Assembly: GCA_019244185.1 (NCBI GenBank)
Contig: JAFATB010000019.1
Span: 256,001 to 320,000 of the forward strand
Direction: 5' to 3'
Length of the DNA: 64,000 bases
From: Acidobacteriota bacterium
Lineage (GTDB): Bacteria; Acidobacteriota; Thermoanaerobaculia; Gp7-AA8
Shown here: piece by piece, positions 36,271 to 46,205 of the stretch
Layout: each line of letters opens with the position of its first letter
How positions within the stretch are numbered: the stretch's first letter is position 1
Translations under genes and position numbers: made by a program
Notes under the pieces: model-generated
The model's database searches: none
The model's input: only the letters and a program-made list of their open reading frames with translations
Told to the model about the DNA's origin: nothing

Positions 36271-37659
36271 ATGAACGAGAACCTCGAAGTGATCATCCTC
36301 GCCGCGGGCCTCGGCACGCGCATGAAGTCGAAGACGATCAAGATCCTTCACCGCGCCGCCGGCCGCCCGATCGTCGACTACGTCCTCGATCTCGCCGCCG
36401 AGCTGACGCAGCGGCGGCCGGTCATGGTCGTCGGCCATCAGCGCGACGCCGTGCAGCAGTCGGTCGGCGACCGCGCGCGCTACGCCGTCCAGGAAGAGCA
36501 GCTCGGCACCGGACACGCGGTGCTGCAGGCCGCCGCGCTCGTCGAAGCGGACGGCATCGACGGCAAGCGCATCCTCGTGCTCTCGGGCGACGTGCCGCTC
36601 ACGCGCGCGGAGACGCTGCGCCGATTACTCGATGAACATGCGCGCGCCGGCAACGCGCTCACGCTGCTGACGATGAAGCCGGACGATCCGGCGATGTACG
36701 GCCGCATCGTGCGCGACGACGCCGGCGCCGTGCAGCGCATCGTCGAGGCGAAGGACGCGTCCGATGACGAGAAGCGCATCGGCGAGGTGAACGCCGGCAT
36801 CTACGTCTTCGACGGTGAGCATCTCTTCGACAACCTGCGCAATCTGAAAACCGACAACGCGCAGAAGGAGTACTACCTCACCGATCTGCTGCAGGTGCTG
36901 CGCGAGCGCGGACATCGCGTGGGCGCCGTCGTCGCCGAGCCGATCGAAGCCCTCGGCGTGAACTCGCGCTCCGAGCTCGCGCAGGTCGAGTCCGAGATCC
37001 AGCGCCGCGTCATCGCGAAGCTCATGTCCGACGGCGTCACGTTCCGCAATCCCGCAACCGTCGTCATCGACTCGACCGTGCGCATCGGCGCCGACACCGT
37101 CGTCTATCCGTTCGTCACGCTCGAAGGAACGACGACGATCGGCGAAGGCTGCGTCATCGATCCCGGCGTGCATCTCATGAACGTGCGCGTCGGCGACAAC
37201 GTGCATCTCAAGACCGGCACCGTCGCCGACGACGCGGTGATCGAGGACGACGCGAACGTCGGTCCGTACGCGCATCTCCGCCCCGGCTCGCACCTCGGCA
37301 AACACGTGAAGGTCGGGAACTTCGTCGAGACGAAGAAGGCGGTGTTCGGCGACGGCGCGAAGGCGTCGCATCTGTCGTACATCGGCGACGCGGAGGTCGG
37401 CGCGGACGTGAACATCGGCGCGGGCACGATCACCTGCAACTACGACGGCGTGCACAAGCACAAGACGATCATCGAAGACGGCGCGTTCATCGGCTCGGAC
37501 ACGCAGCTCGTCGCGCCGGTGCGAGTCGGCCGCGGCGCGTACGTCGGCGCGGGCTCGACGATCACGAAGGACGTGCCGGCCGAATCGCTCGCGCTGAGCC
37601 GCACGCCGCAGCGCATCGTCGACGGCTGGGCGCGCCGCAAGCAGAAGAAGAGCGAGTGA
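36271..37659 (+). CDS. glmU: Bifunctional UDP-GlcNAc pyrophosphorylase / glucosamine-1-phosphate acetyltransferase
   Basis: LAAGLGTRMKS, EYYLTD, GNFVETK, HLSYIGD, TCNYDG. Confidence 0.97.
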   Translation: MNENLEVIILAAGLGTRMKSKTIKILHRAAGRPIVDYVLDLAAELTQRRPVMVVGHQRDAVQQSVGDRARYAVQEEQLGTGHAVLQAAALVEADGIDGKRILVLSGDVPLTRAETLRRLLDEHARAGNALTLLTMKPDDPAMYGRIVRDDAGAVQRIVEAKDASDDEKRIGEVNAGIYVFDGEHLFDNLRNLKTDNAQKEYYLTDLLQVLRERGHRVGAVVAEPIEALGVNSRSELAQVESEIQRRVIAKLMSDGVTFRNPATVVIDSTVRIGADTVVYPFVTLEGTTTIGEGCVIDPGVHLMNVRVGDNVHLKTGTVADDAVIEDDANVGPYAHLRPGSHLGKHVKVGNFVETKKAVFGDGAKASHLSYIGDAEVGADVNIGAGTITCNYDGVHKHKTIIEDGAFIGSDTQLVAPVRVGRGAYVGAGSTITKDVPAESLALSRTPQRIVDGWARRKQKKSE

Positions 37660-37665
37660 CGCGCG

Positions 37666-38979
37666 TCAGCGCCGCTGCAGGTCGACGCGCATGCGGCCGA
37701 AGTCGATCACGACGTTGAAGTTCTGGAGGAAGTTCTCGCCGAGAATTCCGACGTCTTCTTCCTTCACGTCGTTCTCGTACATCGGCAGCGTCTTGAACGT
37801 CCCCGCCCAGCGGTCGATGCCGACTTCCACGTTCTCGACTTTGCCGCCGTGCTTCATCGCGCCGCCCAGTCCCTGCAGAGTCGCGCTGTGGGCGCCGGAG
37901 CCGAACATCTGGATCGGCAGGGTCGCGAGCCGCGCCTGATTGAGGAACGTGATCTCCGAGCCGGTGTCGAGCACGAAGAGGAACCAGCCCTTGCGATTCA
38001 CCGCGCCGCGCACGTGCGGCCGGAAGTTTTCGATGAAGAGGTTCTGATCGCGGTCGGCAACGTGATCTTTCGCCGTGAGGCGCGTGAAGCGCGCGTGTTT
38101 GCGGTCGAACCGCAGCTCGAGCCGGAACTCCTTGAGCAGGTTCGAGCCGAGGAGGAAGTCGATGTTGAGCTGCGTTCCTTCTTTCTTGTTGACGAGGAAC
38201 TTCATCTTGTCGTCCGGCATGATCGCGACCGGAACGTTCTCGATCACGATGGCGCCGAGCTCGAGTCGTTGCAGCAGCGCGAACTGCACCTGAATCGGCT
38301 CGCCGAGCAGGCCGAAGAACGTTCCCTCGCTCGGCGAGATCGCCTGCAGTCCGAGCTCGTTCGCGACGCGCCGCGAGACGATCGACAGCACGGCGCCGGA
38401 GTCGATCACCGCTTCGATCTGATGCGTGCCGTTCGCGCGCACGTTGATGCGCGGCACGACCGGATGCTCGAACTTGAACGGGATGTCGTCGCTCGGCGCG
38501 CCGCTGAAGCGGTACGCCTGCACGTTGGACATGGCGCGCAGAAAGTCGGTGTGCCACTGGCGCACGTTGACGCCGTGGTCGACGGCGATCTCCGCCCACT
38601 CGAGGCTGGCGTCGTAGTTGTTCTGCAGGTACTCGAGCTGCGCGAGGTCCCACGCCACCTGCGCGTGCGTCGCTCGGAACGGCTTGAGATCGAGCGCGTC
38701 GCGCAGGATCTTGCGGGCGTCGTCGTAGCGTCCCGCCGCGAGATACGCCTCGCCGAGCGACGCGAGGTCGACCGGATTCGGATGCTCGCGCTTCGTGATC
38801 GTGTCCGTGAGATCGATCGCGCGCAGGTAGTCGGCCTTGCGCAGCATCGACTGGATGTCGGAGCCGCGCTCGATGTTCGACGGCAACAGATTCAGCGGAC
38901 CGACGGTGACGTCGTTGTAGAGCGAGCAGCCCGCGAGGGCGAGCAGTAGCAGCGGCGCGAGGATGGATTTCCGGCGCAT
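37666..38979 (-). CDS. Lipoprotein with TPR and two retropepsin-like aspartyl protease domains
   Basis: LAGC lipobox. IDSGA..FLLG and LDTGS..GILG motifs. Confidence 0.85.
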   Translation of the reverse strand: MRRKSILAPLLLLALAGCSLYNDVTVGPLNLLPSNIERGSDIQSMLRKADYLRAIDLTDTITKREHPNPVDLASLGEAYLAAGRYDDARKILRDALDLKPFRATHAQVAWDLAQLEYLQNNYDASLEWAEIAVDHGVNVRQWHTDFLRAMSNVQAYRFSGAPSDDIPFKFEHPVVPRINVRANGTHQIEAVIDSGAVLSIVSRRVANELGLQAISPSEGTFFGLLGEPIQVQFALLQRLELGAIVIENVPVAIMPDDKMKFLVNKKEGTQLNIDFLLGSNLLKEFRLELRFDRKHARFTRLTAKDHVADRDQNLFIENFRPHVRGAVNRKGWFLFVLDTGSEITFLNQARLATLPIQMFGSGAHSATLQGLGGAMKHGGKVENVEVGIDRWAGTFKTLPMYENDVKEEDVGILGENFLQNFNVVIDFGRMRVDLQRR

Positions 38980-39026
38980 TCGCCCCGATTGTACGGGGAT
39001 CGCGGAGCTCGGTTGTGACGGACCGC

Positions 39027-42000
39027 TTACGCTCTGACGAGAATTCCGAGCTCGCGGATCTGATACGCGAGCGCCTGCCGCGACATCTTGAGGAGCGACG
39101 CGGCGCGGTTCTGATTGCCGCGCGCCTCGAGGAGCGAGCGCTCGATGAGATCGCGCTTGAAGCGCGCCACCGCGTCCTGATACGAGCCGGCGGCGACGCG
39201 CGCGGGGGCGACGTTGCGCAGCCGCTCGGGCAGATGCTCGACGTCGATCTGCTTCGCGTCGCCGGCCATCGCGTGCGCGGCGCGGATCGCGTTCTGCAGC
39301 TCGCGCACGTTGCCCGGCCACGCGTACGCGGTGAAGATCGCCTCGACGTCGGGCGCGAGCAACGCCGGTCCGCCGCGGTGCTTCTCGCGCTCGGATGCGA
39401 GGAAATGCGCCGCGAGCAGCAGCACGTCCGTGCCGCGCTCGCGCAGTGGCGGAAGCGCGAGCTCGACGCCGCGGATGCGGTAGTAGAGATCGTCGCGGAA
39501 GCGTCCTTCTTCGACCGCCGCTTCGAGTTTGCGATTCGTCGCGCTGACGATGCGCACGTCGGCGGAGCGGTTCACGGTGTCGCCGACGCGGCGAAACTCG
39601 CCTTCCTGCAGAAAGCGCAGCAGCTTCGCCTGCGCCGCCAGCGGCAGCTCGCCGATCTCGTCGAGGAAGAGCGTGCCGCCATCGGTCGTCTCGATGAGCC
39701 CCGCGCGATCGCGATCGGCGCCGGTGAATGCGCCGCGCACGTGGCCGAAGAGCTCACTCTCGATGAGGTTCTCGGGAAGCGCGGCGCAGTTGACCGCTGT
39801 GAACGTCTTCGTGCGGCGCGTCGAGTTGCGGTGGATCGCGCGCGCGGCGAGCTCCTTCCCGGTGCCGGACTCGCCGAGGATGCAGACCGGGACGTCGCGG
39901 CGCGCGACGCGCGCGATGAGCGCGTAAATGTCGCGCATCAGCGGCGACTGCCCGACGATGCCGTCGACCATGTCCGCACGCGCGGGCTTCGCCGCTGCTT
40001 CCTCCTGTTCGAGCACCCGGCGCAGGCGCTGGTTGTCGGCACGCGTGCGAAAGAGCGCGGCCACGGCGTCGCGGCCGTCGGTGCTCCAGCGCGCGCAGCC
40101 GTCGAGGAAGAGCAGCTCGCGCTCGCTACAGGCGATCCAGTCGTTCGCCCCCGACGCGAGGATCGCGTCGAACGTCGCGGCATCGAACGTCTGCGAGCCG
40201 ATGGCGTTCCACTGCCCGAGGCGGTTGCGCGTGGCGAAACACCATGCGAGATCGAAGTCGTGCGGCGCGAACGGGAACTCGCGCGTGGCCGCGAGGCGCA
40301 GAATGCGCAGCTCGGACTCGACCGGCGCGGGCGCGGCGTCGAAGACGAGCGCGTATTCGGCGGCGAGCGCGCGTGCGGCCGCGTCGTCGCGCGTGGCGAC
40401 GGCGAGGCGGAAACGCTGCAAGGCGCCGGGAACGCCGTCGCTCGTCGACGTCGCGTCATGGCGCTGGATCCGTTCGTGGCGGCGCGTGAGCTCCGCGTTG
40501 CCGGACCGGCCGTTGGACCGTAACGTCGAGCGCGCGCCTTCCATCCAATCGAGCTCGTCGAGGATCAGTGCGGCGGCTTCGCGAATCTGGTCGTGCGCGT
40601 CGCGCGCGGCGTACACCGCTTCGGCGGCGCGGCGCGCGTCGGCGAAGCGGCCGCGCGAGAAGTCGAGATGCGCGGTGAGCAGGTCGATCTCGCCGAGCCG
40701 GATCGCGTCGTTCGTGCCGGCGTAGTAGCGGCGGAGGCGCGCGATGCGCTGCGACGCGTGCGCCCACTGCCCTTCGTCCGCCGCGAGATACGCGAGCGTG
40801 AAGAGGATGCCGCCGGCAGCGCGGTCGCCCTGCGTCTCCTCGACTTCCTGCAGCGCCTCGACGGCGATCGCGCGCGCGAGGTCCCACGAGCCGGCGGAGA
40901 ACGCCGCGAAGACGCGGTCGAGCGACGCGTCGACGCGCTCGGTCATCGTGCGCGCACGAGCGTGCGACTCCCGCGCGCTCCGCGCCGCGCGGTCGTAGTC
41001 GCCGCGTTCGAGCGCGCGATACGTGTCGAGACGCGCGGCGAGGTAATACGTCTCCGGAAGCACGACGTCGACGCCGTGCAGCGCGCGTTCGTAGTCAAGC
41101 CGCGTGCGTTCTTCGTCGTTCGCGGGCTGCAACGCGTCGAGCAGGCGTTGCGCGTCGGATTCGCGATTCGTGAGGCGCAGCAGCTCGGCGCGGAGGAGCT
41201 CCGCGTCGAATGAGCGAGCCTCGATTCGTTCGAGACGCGCCAGCGCCGTCGCGTAGTCGCCGGTGTGACGCTCCGCGCGCGCGAGGACAAAGTCGGCCTC
41301 GCCCGGCGCGACGTCTCGCGCGTCGCGATAACGCCCGCAGTCGACGAGCGCGTGCGCGTAACGCGTCGCGAGCTCCGGCGTGAGGATCGCGCGCGGCACG
41401 CGCCGCAGCGCCTGCACGGTCTCGTTCGCGTCGCTCCACGCGGTCCGCTCCAGCGCCTCGGTTGCCCGCGCCGGCTCGCCCGCGTCGAGCCAGAGCAGCG
41501 CCGCGCGGACGCCGTCCGCGTGCGACGCCGCGACGCGGCAGATCGCGGGGCGCGACGCGGTCGCAATGCGGCGCGCGGCTTCCTCGCGCGCGGCGTCGCT
41601 CACAAAGACGAACGTCTCGCCGTCGAGCGACGTCACGCCGTCGACGACCAGCTCTTCGAGCGCGCCGCGGAAGAGAAAGTCGCCGAGAAAATCCGACGCG
41701 AGCTTGCGCGGAATGCGCGTGCCGAGGAGCGCGAGCGCGCCGATGAAGGACCGCGCGGGCTCGGCGAGCGCGGGCAGCGACGTCGCCGGCGGCGGCACGT
41801 CGCCGTGCGCGAGATAGGCGGCGAACGCGCCCGAGTCGACGAAGGCTTCGAGCGCGCCAGGATCGAGCGAGGCGCGCAACTGCGCGGCGCTCGCGAGCCG
41901 CGGCGCGACGATGAACGGTTGCGCATCCGGCAGACGGTTCTCGTCCGACGGCAAGAGCCAGGTGCCGTGACGCGCGTGCGCGAGCAGCTCCACGACTTCC

Positions 42001-42803
42001 GCCGACGCCGCGTCGAACGCCTCGCGCTCCGCGACGACGAAGAGATGCCGCGCGTGCGCCGTCTTGGCGAGCACGCGCTCCGCCGCCGCCGCGGGATCGA
42101 GCGTGCGATCGCTCACGAGCGCGCCGAACGCGGAGTAGCGTTCAAGCGGCGACGCGCCGCGCAATACGACGACGCGCAGCGAGCCGTCGAGCTCCGCGAA
42201 ACGCTCAACCGCCGCGATGCACGCGTCATCGCTGTAGCCGAAGCGGCCTCCGTCCGACGCGAGCATGCGCAGTCCTTCCGGACCGGGCGCCGCGATGGCA
42301 CCGCACGCCGCGCGGCGCGCCCAGCGCAAGTCCGCCGCGACGTCGCCCGTGAGCCGCGCGAACGCTTCCGTGTAGATCGCGTCCGCGCGCGCCCACGACT
42401 GCTGCAGGATGTCGAGCTCCGCGCCGACGAGCTCCGCGAACTGCTGCGCGAGCGTGAGCGCGGGCGGCGCGGACGAGACGTCGCACGCGCGCGCCGCGAC
42501 GCGCACGAGGCGCACGTCCGAGCCGCGCTTCTGCACCACCGCCCACTCCGCCGGATCGAGCTCGCCGTCCGCGATGCCCGCGAACTGCAGCAGCGCCGCG
42601 TGCGCCGCGAACTGCGCGAGCAGCGACAGGCGGTCGCGCGGACCCGTTTCGCGCAGCTCCGCGAGCGGCGTCGCGGCGAGCGACTCGCCGAACGGCAGCG
42701 ACGCGTGGCGCAGCGTCGCCAGCAGCGCGCGATCCCAGCGGAACGCGTCCGCGCAGATCCGCACCGCGTCGCGCCCGCGACGGGTAGGAACCCTCATGCT
42801 CAT
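39027..42803 (-). CDS. Large sigma-54 enhancer-binding protein (degenerate kinase-like and TPR-like N-terminus, AAA+, Fis HTH)
   Basis: [29 protein letters not shown]. Start codon uncertain. Confidence 0.9.
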   Translation of the reverse strand: MSMRVPTRRGRDAVRICADAFRWDRALLATLRHASLPFGESLAATPLAELRETGPRDRLSLLAQFAAHAALLQFAGIADGELDPAEWAVVQKRGSDVRLVRVAARACDVSSAPPALTLAQQFAELVGAELDILQQSWARADAIYTEAFARLTGDVAADLRWARRAACGAIAAPGPEGLRMLASDGGRFGYSDDACIAAVERFAELDGSLRVVVLRGASPLERYSAFGALVSDRTLDPAAAAERVLAKTAHARHLFVVAEREAFDAASAEVVELLAHARHGTWLLPSDENRLPDAQPFIVAPRLASAAQLRASLDPGALEAFVDSGAFAAYLAHGDVPPPATSLPALAEPARSFIGALALLGTRIPRKLASDFLGDFLFRGALEELVVDGVTSLDGETFVFVSDAAREEAARRIATASRPAICRVAASHADGVRAALLWLDAGEPARATEALERTAWSDANETVQALRRVPRAILTPELATRYAHALVDCGRYRDARDVAPGEADFVLARAERHTGDYATALARLERIEARSFDAELLRAELLRLTNRESDAQRLLDALQPANDEERTRLDYERALHGVDVVLPETYYLAARLDTYRALERGDYDRAARSARESHARARTMTERVDASLDRVFAAFSAGSWDLARAIAVEALQEVEETQGDRAAGGILFTLAYLAADEGQWAHASQRIARLRRYYAGTNDAIRLGEIDLLTAHLDFSRGRFADARRAAEAVYAARDAHDQIREAAALILDELDWMEGARSTLRSNGRSGNAELTRRHERIQRHDATSTSDGVPGALQRFRLAVATRDDAAARALAAEYALVFDAAPAPVESELRILRLAATREFPFAPHDFDLAWCFATRNRLGQWNAIGSQTFDAATFDAILASGANDWIACSERELLFLDGCARWSTDGRDAVAALFRTRADNQRLRRVLEQEEAAAKPARADMVDGIVGQSPLMRDIYALIARVARRDVPVCILGESGTGKELAARAIHRNSTRRTKTFTAVNCAALPENLIESELFGHVRGAFTGADRDRAGLIETTDGGTLFLDEIGELPLAAQAKLLRFLQEGEFRRVGDTVNRSADVRIVSATNRKLEAAVEEGRFRDDLYYRIRGVELALPPLRERGTDVLLLAAHFLASEREKHRGGPALLAPDVEAIFTAYAWPGNVRELQNAIRAAHAMAGDAKQIDVEHLPERLRNVAPARVAAGSYQDAVARFKRDLIERSLLEARGNQNRAASLLKMSRQALAYQIRELGILVRA

Positions 42804-42860
42804 TGGATGTGCGCAGGATAGTAACTTAAACGCGTCTTTATGCAAATCGCGCTACAAAGC

Positions 42861-42899
42861 TGAATGAAGAATGCAGAACGCAGAATGAAGAATTGAGAA
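42861..42899 (-). repeat. 39-bp heptamer-periodic element, copy 2
   Basis: Exact reverse complement of 14121-14159. Confidence 0.9.
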
Positions 42900-42927
42900 A
42901 GCCGCCTTCCCCTAAAATGCCGCGCCA

Positions 42928-43752
42928 ATGACCGACGTCGACATCGCCATCGCCGCCGCACGCGCCGGCGCGCGCGTCCTGCTTCACTATTGGGAACGCC
43001 TCAACAAGGACGACGCCGATCTCAAGGCGCGCAACGACTGGGTCTCCGACGCCGACCGTGAAAGCGAGCAGGCGATCGTCGCCGCCATCCGCGAGCATTG
43101 CGCCGACGACGCGTTCCTCGGCGAAGAGAGCGGCCGCAGCGCCGGCTCGTCCACGCGCACGTGGGTCATCGATCCGCTCGACGGCACGTCGAACTACCTG
43201 CAGCACTTTCCGGTGTGGTCCGTCTCCATCGCGCTGCGCCGCGAAGTCGAGACCATCGCCGGCGTGATCTACGAGCCGCTGCGCGATCTCTTCTTCACCG
43301 CCGAGCGAGGCGCGGGCGCGTTCCGCAACGGCGAGCGGATGCGCGTCTCGTCGCACGACCGCGTCGAAGCATCGTTCCTCGCGACCGGCTTCCCGTTCCG
43401 CGCGCAGGAGTACGTCGAAAGCTACGTCGCGATCTTCACCGACATCATCCGCGTCTCGAAGGGCGTGCGTCGCGCCGGCTCCGCCGCGCTCGATCTCGCG
43501 TACACCGCGGCGGGCGTCTTCGACGGCTTCTTCGAAATGCATCTCGCGCCGTGGGACGTCGCCGCGGGCGCGCTGCTCGTCACGGAAGCCGGCGGCGTGG
43601 TCACCGATTTCTCCGGCGGCCAGCGCTGGCTCGAGCGCGGCAACATCGTCGGCGCCACGCCCGGCGTGCATGCGGAGCTGCTGCGCGTGATCGCGCGGCA
43701 CACCAACGAAGACGCGCTTGATCACCGCAAAGGGTCGCGGTCGAATCTGTGA
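42928..43752 (+). CDS. suhB: Inositol monophosphatase family protein
   Basis: GEE, WVIDPLDGTSN, RRAGSAALDL, WDVAAG. Confidence 0.9.
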   Translation: MTDVDIAIAAARAGARVLLHYWERLNKDDADLKARNDWVSDADRESEQAIVAAIREHCADDAFLGEESGRSAGSSTRTWVIDPLDGTSNYLQHFPVWSVSIALRREVETIAGVIYEPLRDLFFTAERGAGAFRNGERMRVSSHDRVEASFLATGFPFRAQEYVESYVAIFTDIIRVSKGVRRAGSAALDLAYTAAGVFDGFFEMHLAPWDVAAGALLVTEAGGVVTDFSGGQRWLERGNIVGATPGVHAELLRVIARHTNEDALDHRKGSRSNL

Positions 43753-44363
43753 AACCGAAGAAGCTCGCGCGCGAGTTCTATCTGCAGGACACCGTCGGCG
43801 CCGCGCGCGCGCTGCTCGGCTGCACGCTCTGGCGCCGGCTCGACGACGGCATGCTCCTCGCCGCGCGCCTCGTCGAAGTCGAGGCCTACCTCGGCGCGAA
43901 CGACATGGCCAGCCACGCGCGGCGCGGCCTGCGCTCGCCGCGCAACGAGTCGATGTATCTCGAAGGCGGACACGCGTACGTCTACTTCACGTACGGCATG
44001 CACTGGTGCTGCAACGTCGTCATGCAGGAAGCGGACATCGCCGAGGCGGTGCTGCTGCGCGGCGCGGAGCCGGTGCTCGGCGTCGAGGTCATGCGCGAGC
44101 GGCGGCCGAAGGCGAAGAAAGACCACGAGCTGATGAACGGCCCCGGAAAGCTGTGCAGCGCGCTCGACATCGACAAGCGGCTCAACGGCGCGAGCCTGCG
44201 CGGCGACTCGCTCTGGCTCACCGCGCGCGACGTCGCGATCTCCGACGACGACATCGCCGTCAGCGCGCGCATCGGCGTCGAAGGCGCGGGCGAGCCGCAC
44301 GCGTCGTGGCCGCTGCGTTTTTATCTGCGCGGCAACCGCCACGTGTCGCAGTACCGCAAATGA
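43749..44363 (+). CDS. mpg: DNA-3-methyladenine glycosylase (MPG/AAG)
   Basis: VEVEAY, YVYFTYGMHWC, AVLLR, NGPGKL. Confidence 0.93.
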   Translation: MKPKKLAREFYLQDTVGAARALLGCTLWRRLDDGMLLAARLVEVEAYLGANDMASHARRGLRSPRNESMYLEGGHAYVYFTYGMHWCCNVVMQEADIAEAVLLRGAEPVLGVEVMRERRPKAKKDHELMNGPGKLCSALDIDKRLNGASLRGDSLWLTARDVAISDDDIAVSARIGVEGAGEPHASWPLRFYLRGNRHVSQYRK

Positions 44364-44953
44364 ACGATCACTACCGGACGCTCGCCGCGCGCGCCGAGTT
44401 CCGGCAGAAGATCGAGCGCTCCGAGTTCCTCGGCATCGCGTTTCCCGTGACGAGCGAAGACGCATTCTTCGCCGAGCTCGCGGCCGCGCAGAAGCGCGAC
44501 TTCGACGCGACGCATCATTGCTGGGCGTTTCGCCTCTTCCACGACGCGCGCACGCGCAGCTCCGACGCGGGCGAGCCGTCAGGCACCGCAGGCAAGCCGA
44601 TCCTCGCCGCGATCGAAGGCGCCGCGCTCTACGACGCCGGCGTGATCGTCGTGCGCTGGTACGGCGGCATCAAGCTCGGCACCGGCGGACTCGCGCGCGC
44701 GTATCGCGAGACCGCGGCGGAAACGCTGCGCGGCGCGCAACTCGCCGATCGCTACGTTTACGCGCGCGTCCGCGTCATCGTGCCGTTCGACGCGTTGAGC
44801 GTCGTCTACCGGCTCGTCGAGCCGCCGCACGTCGTGCTCGCGGAGGAGCGCTACGGCGACGAGAACGAGTTTCTCTTCGACGTGCGCGCGTCGCGCGTGA
44901 ACGCGTTCGCCGCGCAGCTGACCGAGCGCCGGCTGCGCTTCATTCTTCCGTGA
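44360..44953 (+). CDS. yigZ: YigZ/IMPACT family protein
   Basis: ATHHCWA, DAGEPSGTAG, RWYGGIKLGTGGL. Confidence 0.92.
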   Translation: MNDHYRTLAARAEFRQKIERSEFLGIAFPVTSEDAFFAELAAAQKRDFDATHHCWAFRLFHDARTRSSDAGEPSGTAGKPILAAIEGAALYDAGVIVVRWYGGIKLGTGGLARAYRETAAETLRGAQLADRYVYARVRVIVPFDALSVVYRLVEPPHVVLAEERYGDENEFLFDVRASRVNAFAAQLTERRLRFILP

Positions 44954-45338
44954 CGTTCGTGCGCGCGAGGCGGTCGCCCGTGCGTGCCTTGCCGGCGACG
45001 ATCAGCACGACCTCGAGCAGGTTCCACGCGGGAATCACGAGCGGCAGGTTGCGCGCGACCGAACGTCCCCAGCCGCATCCTTCGCCGCGCGGCGTCAGCA
45101 GGCGGAGGCCGAGGAGCTGCTTGCCGATCGAGCGGCCGCGGAAACCGTCGCGGAAGAGCATGGCGATCGTGAGGATCCCGAGCGCGGACCACCAGACGAA
45201 CTGAATGCCGCGCGGCGAGCCGGCCCAGGTGAGGCCGTAGCTGACCGCGGACGCGGGAAGGATGAGCACGACGGCGATCGTGAGCGCGTCGACGAGAAAG
45301 GCGGCGATGCGTAGGAGTTTGGTCTGGGACCCGTCCAT
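44940..45338 (-). CDS. RDD family membrane protein
   Basis: RIAAFLVD, GRSIGK, RTGDRLA. Confidence 0.85.
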   Translation of the reverse strand: MDGSQTKLLRIAAFLVDALTIAVVLILPASAVSYGLTWAGSPRGIQFVWWSALGILTIAMLFRDGFRGRSIGKQLLGLRLLTPRGEGCGWGRSVARNLPLVIPAWNLLEVVLIVAGKARTGDRLARTNVTEE

Positions 45339-45364
45339 GAAACCTCTCCGCGCGATTGTCGTAC
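45338..45364 (+). promoter_or_regulatory. ECF sigma (SigW-type) promoter
   Basis: TGAAAC-N16-CGTAC upstream of the second DUF4097 gene. Confidence 0.68.
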
Positions 45365-45382
45365 AACCGCAGCAGGTGTCGT

Positions 45383-46195
45383 ATGAACAGGCGCAACCCA
45401 AAGCTTTATTTGCTCGCCGCGATGATGTTGGCGGCGGCGTGCGGCGGCGGCGAGCGGCGCCATCACTTCGGTGACGGCGGCGCGACCGCGCAGGTCACGC
45501 GCTCCTGGCCGGCATCGTCCATCCACACGCTGCGCGTCCGCGAAGTCGACGGCAGCGTGACCGTCGAAGCCTCGCCGACGAACGAGATCACCCTCACCGC
45601 CAGCGCGCGCGGCGATCTGCAGATCGACAAGAAGGCCGAGAACTCCGGCCTCTTTCAGACCGAAGTCGACGGCGACGTGCTGCGCATCGGCCGCAAGGAA
45701 CGGCACCGCGGCCACTTCAACTTCAACTTCATCTTCGGCAACGACGACGTGCGCATCGACTACGTCCTGCGCGTGCCGCCGAGCGTCGAGCTCGACATCG
45801 GCACGGTCAACGGACGCATCGCGCTGCACGGCGGCGAAGGACGCACGGCGGCGACGACGGTGAACGGCACGATCGACATCGAGACCGCGGGCACCGAGGA
45901 GCTGCAGGCGACGACGGTGAACGGGCGGGTGCGGGCGAAGTTCCTGCGATCGTTCAGCGGCGCGCGCTTCAAGACGGTGAACGGCGGTGTGGAAGCGCTG
46001 CTGCCGGAAGGCGCCTCGTTCAGCGTCGATCTCGCGCAGGTGAACGGCGACTTCGAGGCCTCGTTCCCGCTGAGCATCCACTCGAACCCGGGAACGCGAC
46101 GCGTGTCGGGCGACATCAACGGCGGGCAGCACGAGCTGAAGATCGTCACCGTGAACGGCGACGTCGAGCTCGGAAAGCTGCAGGCCGCGCGGTAA
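45383..46195 (+). CDS. DUF4097 family lipoprotein
   Basis: AAAC lipobox-like motif. Repeated TVNG units. Confidence 0.85.
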   Translation: MNRRNPKLYLLAAMMLAAACGGGERRHHFGDGGATAQVTRSWPASSIHTLRVREVDGSVTVEASPTNEITLTASARGDLQIDKKAENSGLFQTEVDGDVLRIGRKERHRGHFNFNFIFGNDDVRIDYVLRVPPSVELDIGTVNGRIALHGGEGRTAATTVNGTIDIETAGTEELQATTVNGRVRAKFLRSFSGARFKTVNGGVEALLPEGASFSVDLAQVNGDFEASFPLSIHSNPGTRRVSGDINGGQHELKIVTVNGDVELGKLQAAR

Positions 46196-46205
46196 GCTCT
46201 CGCGC

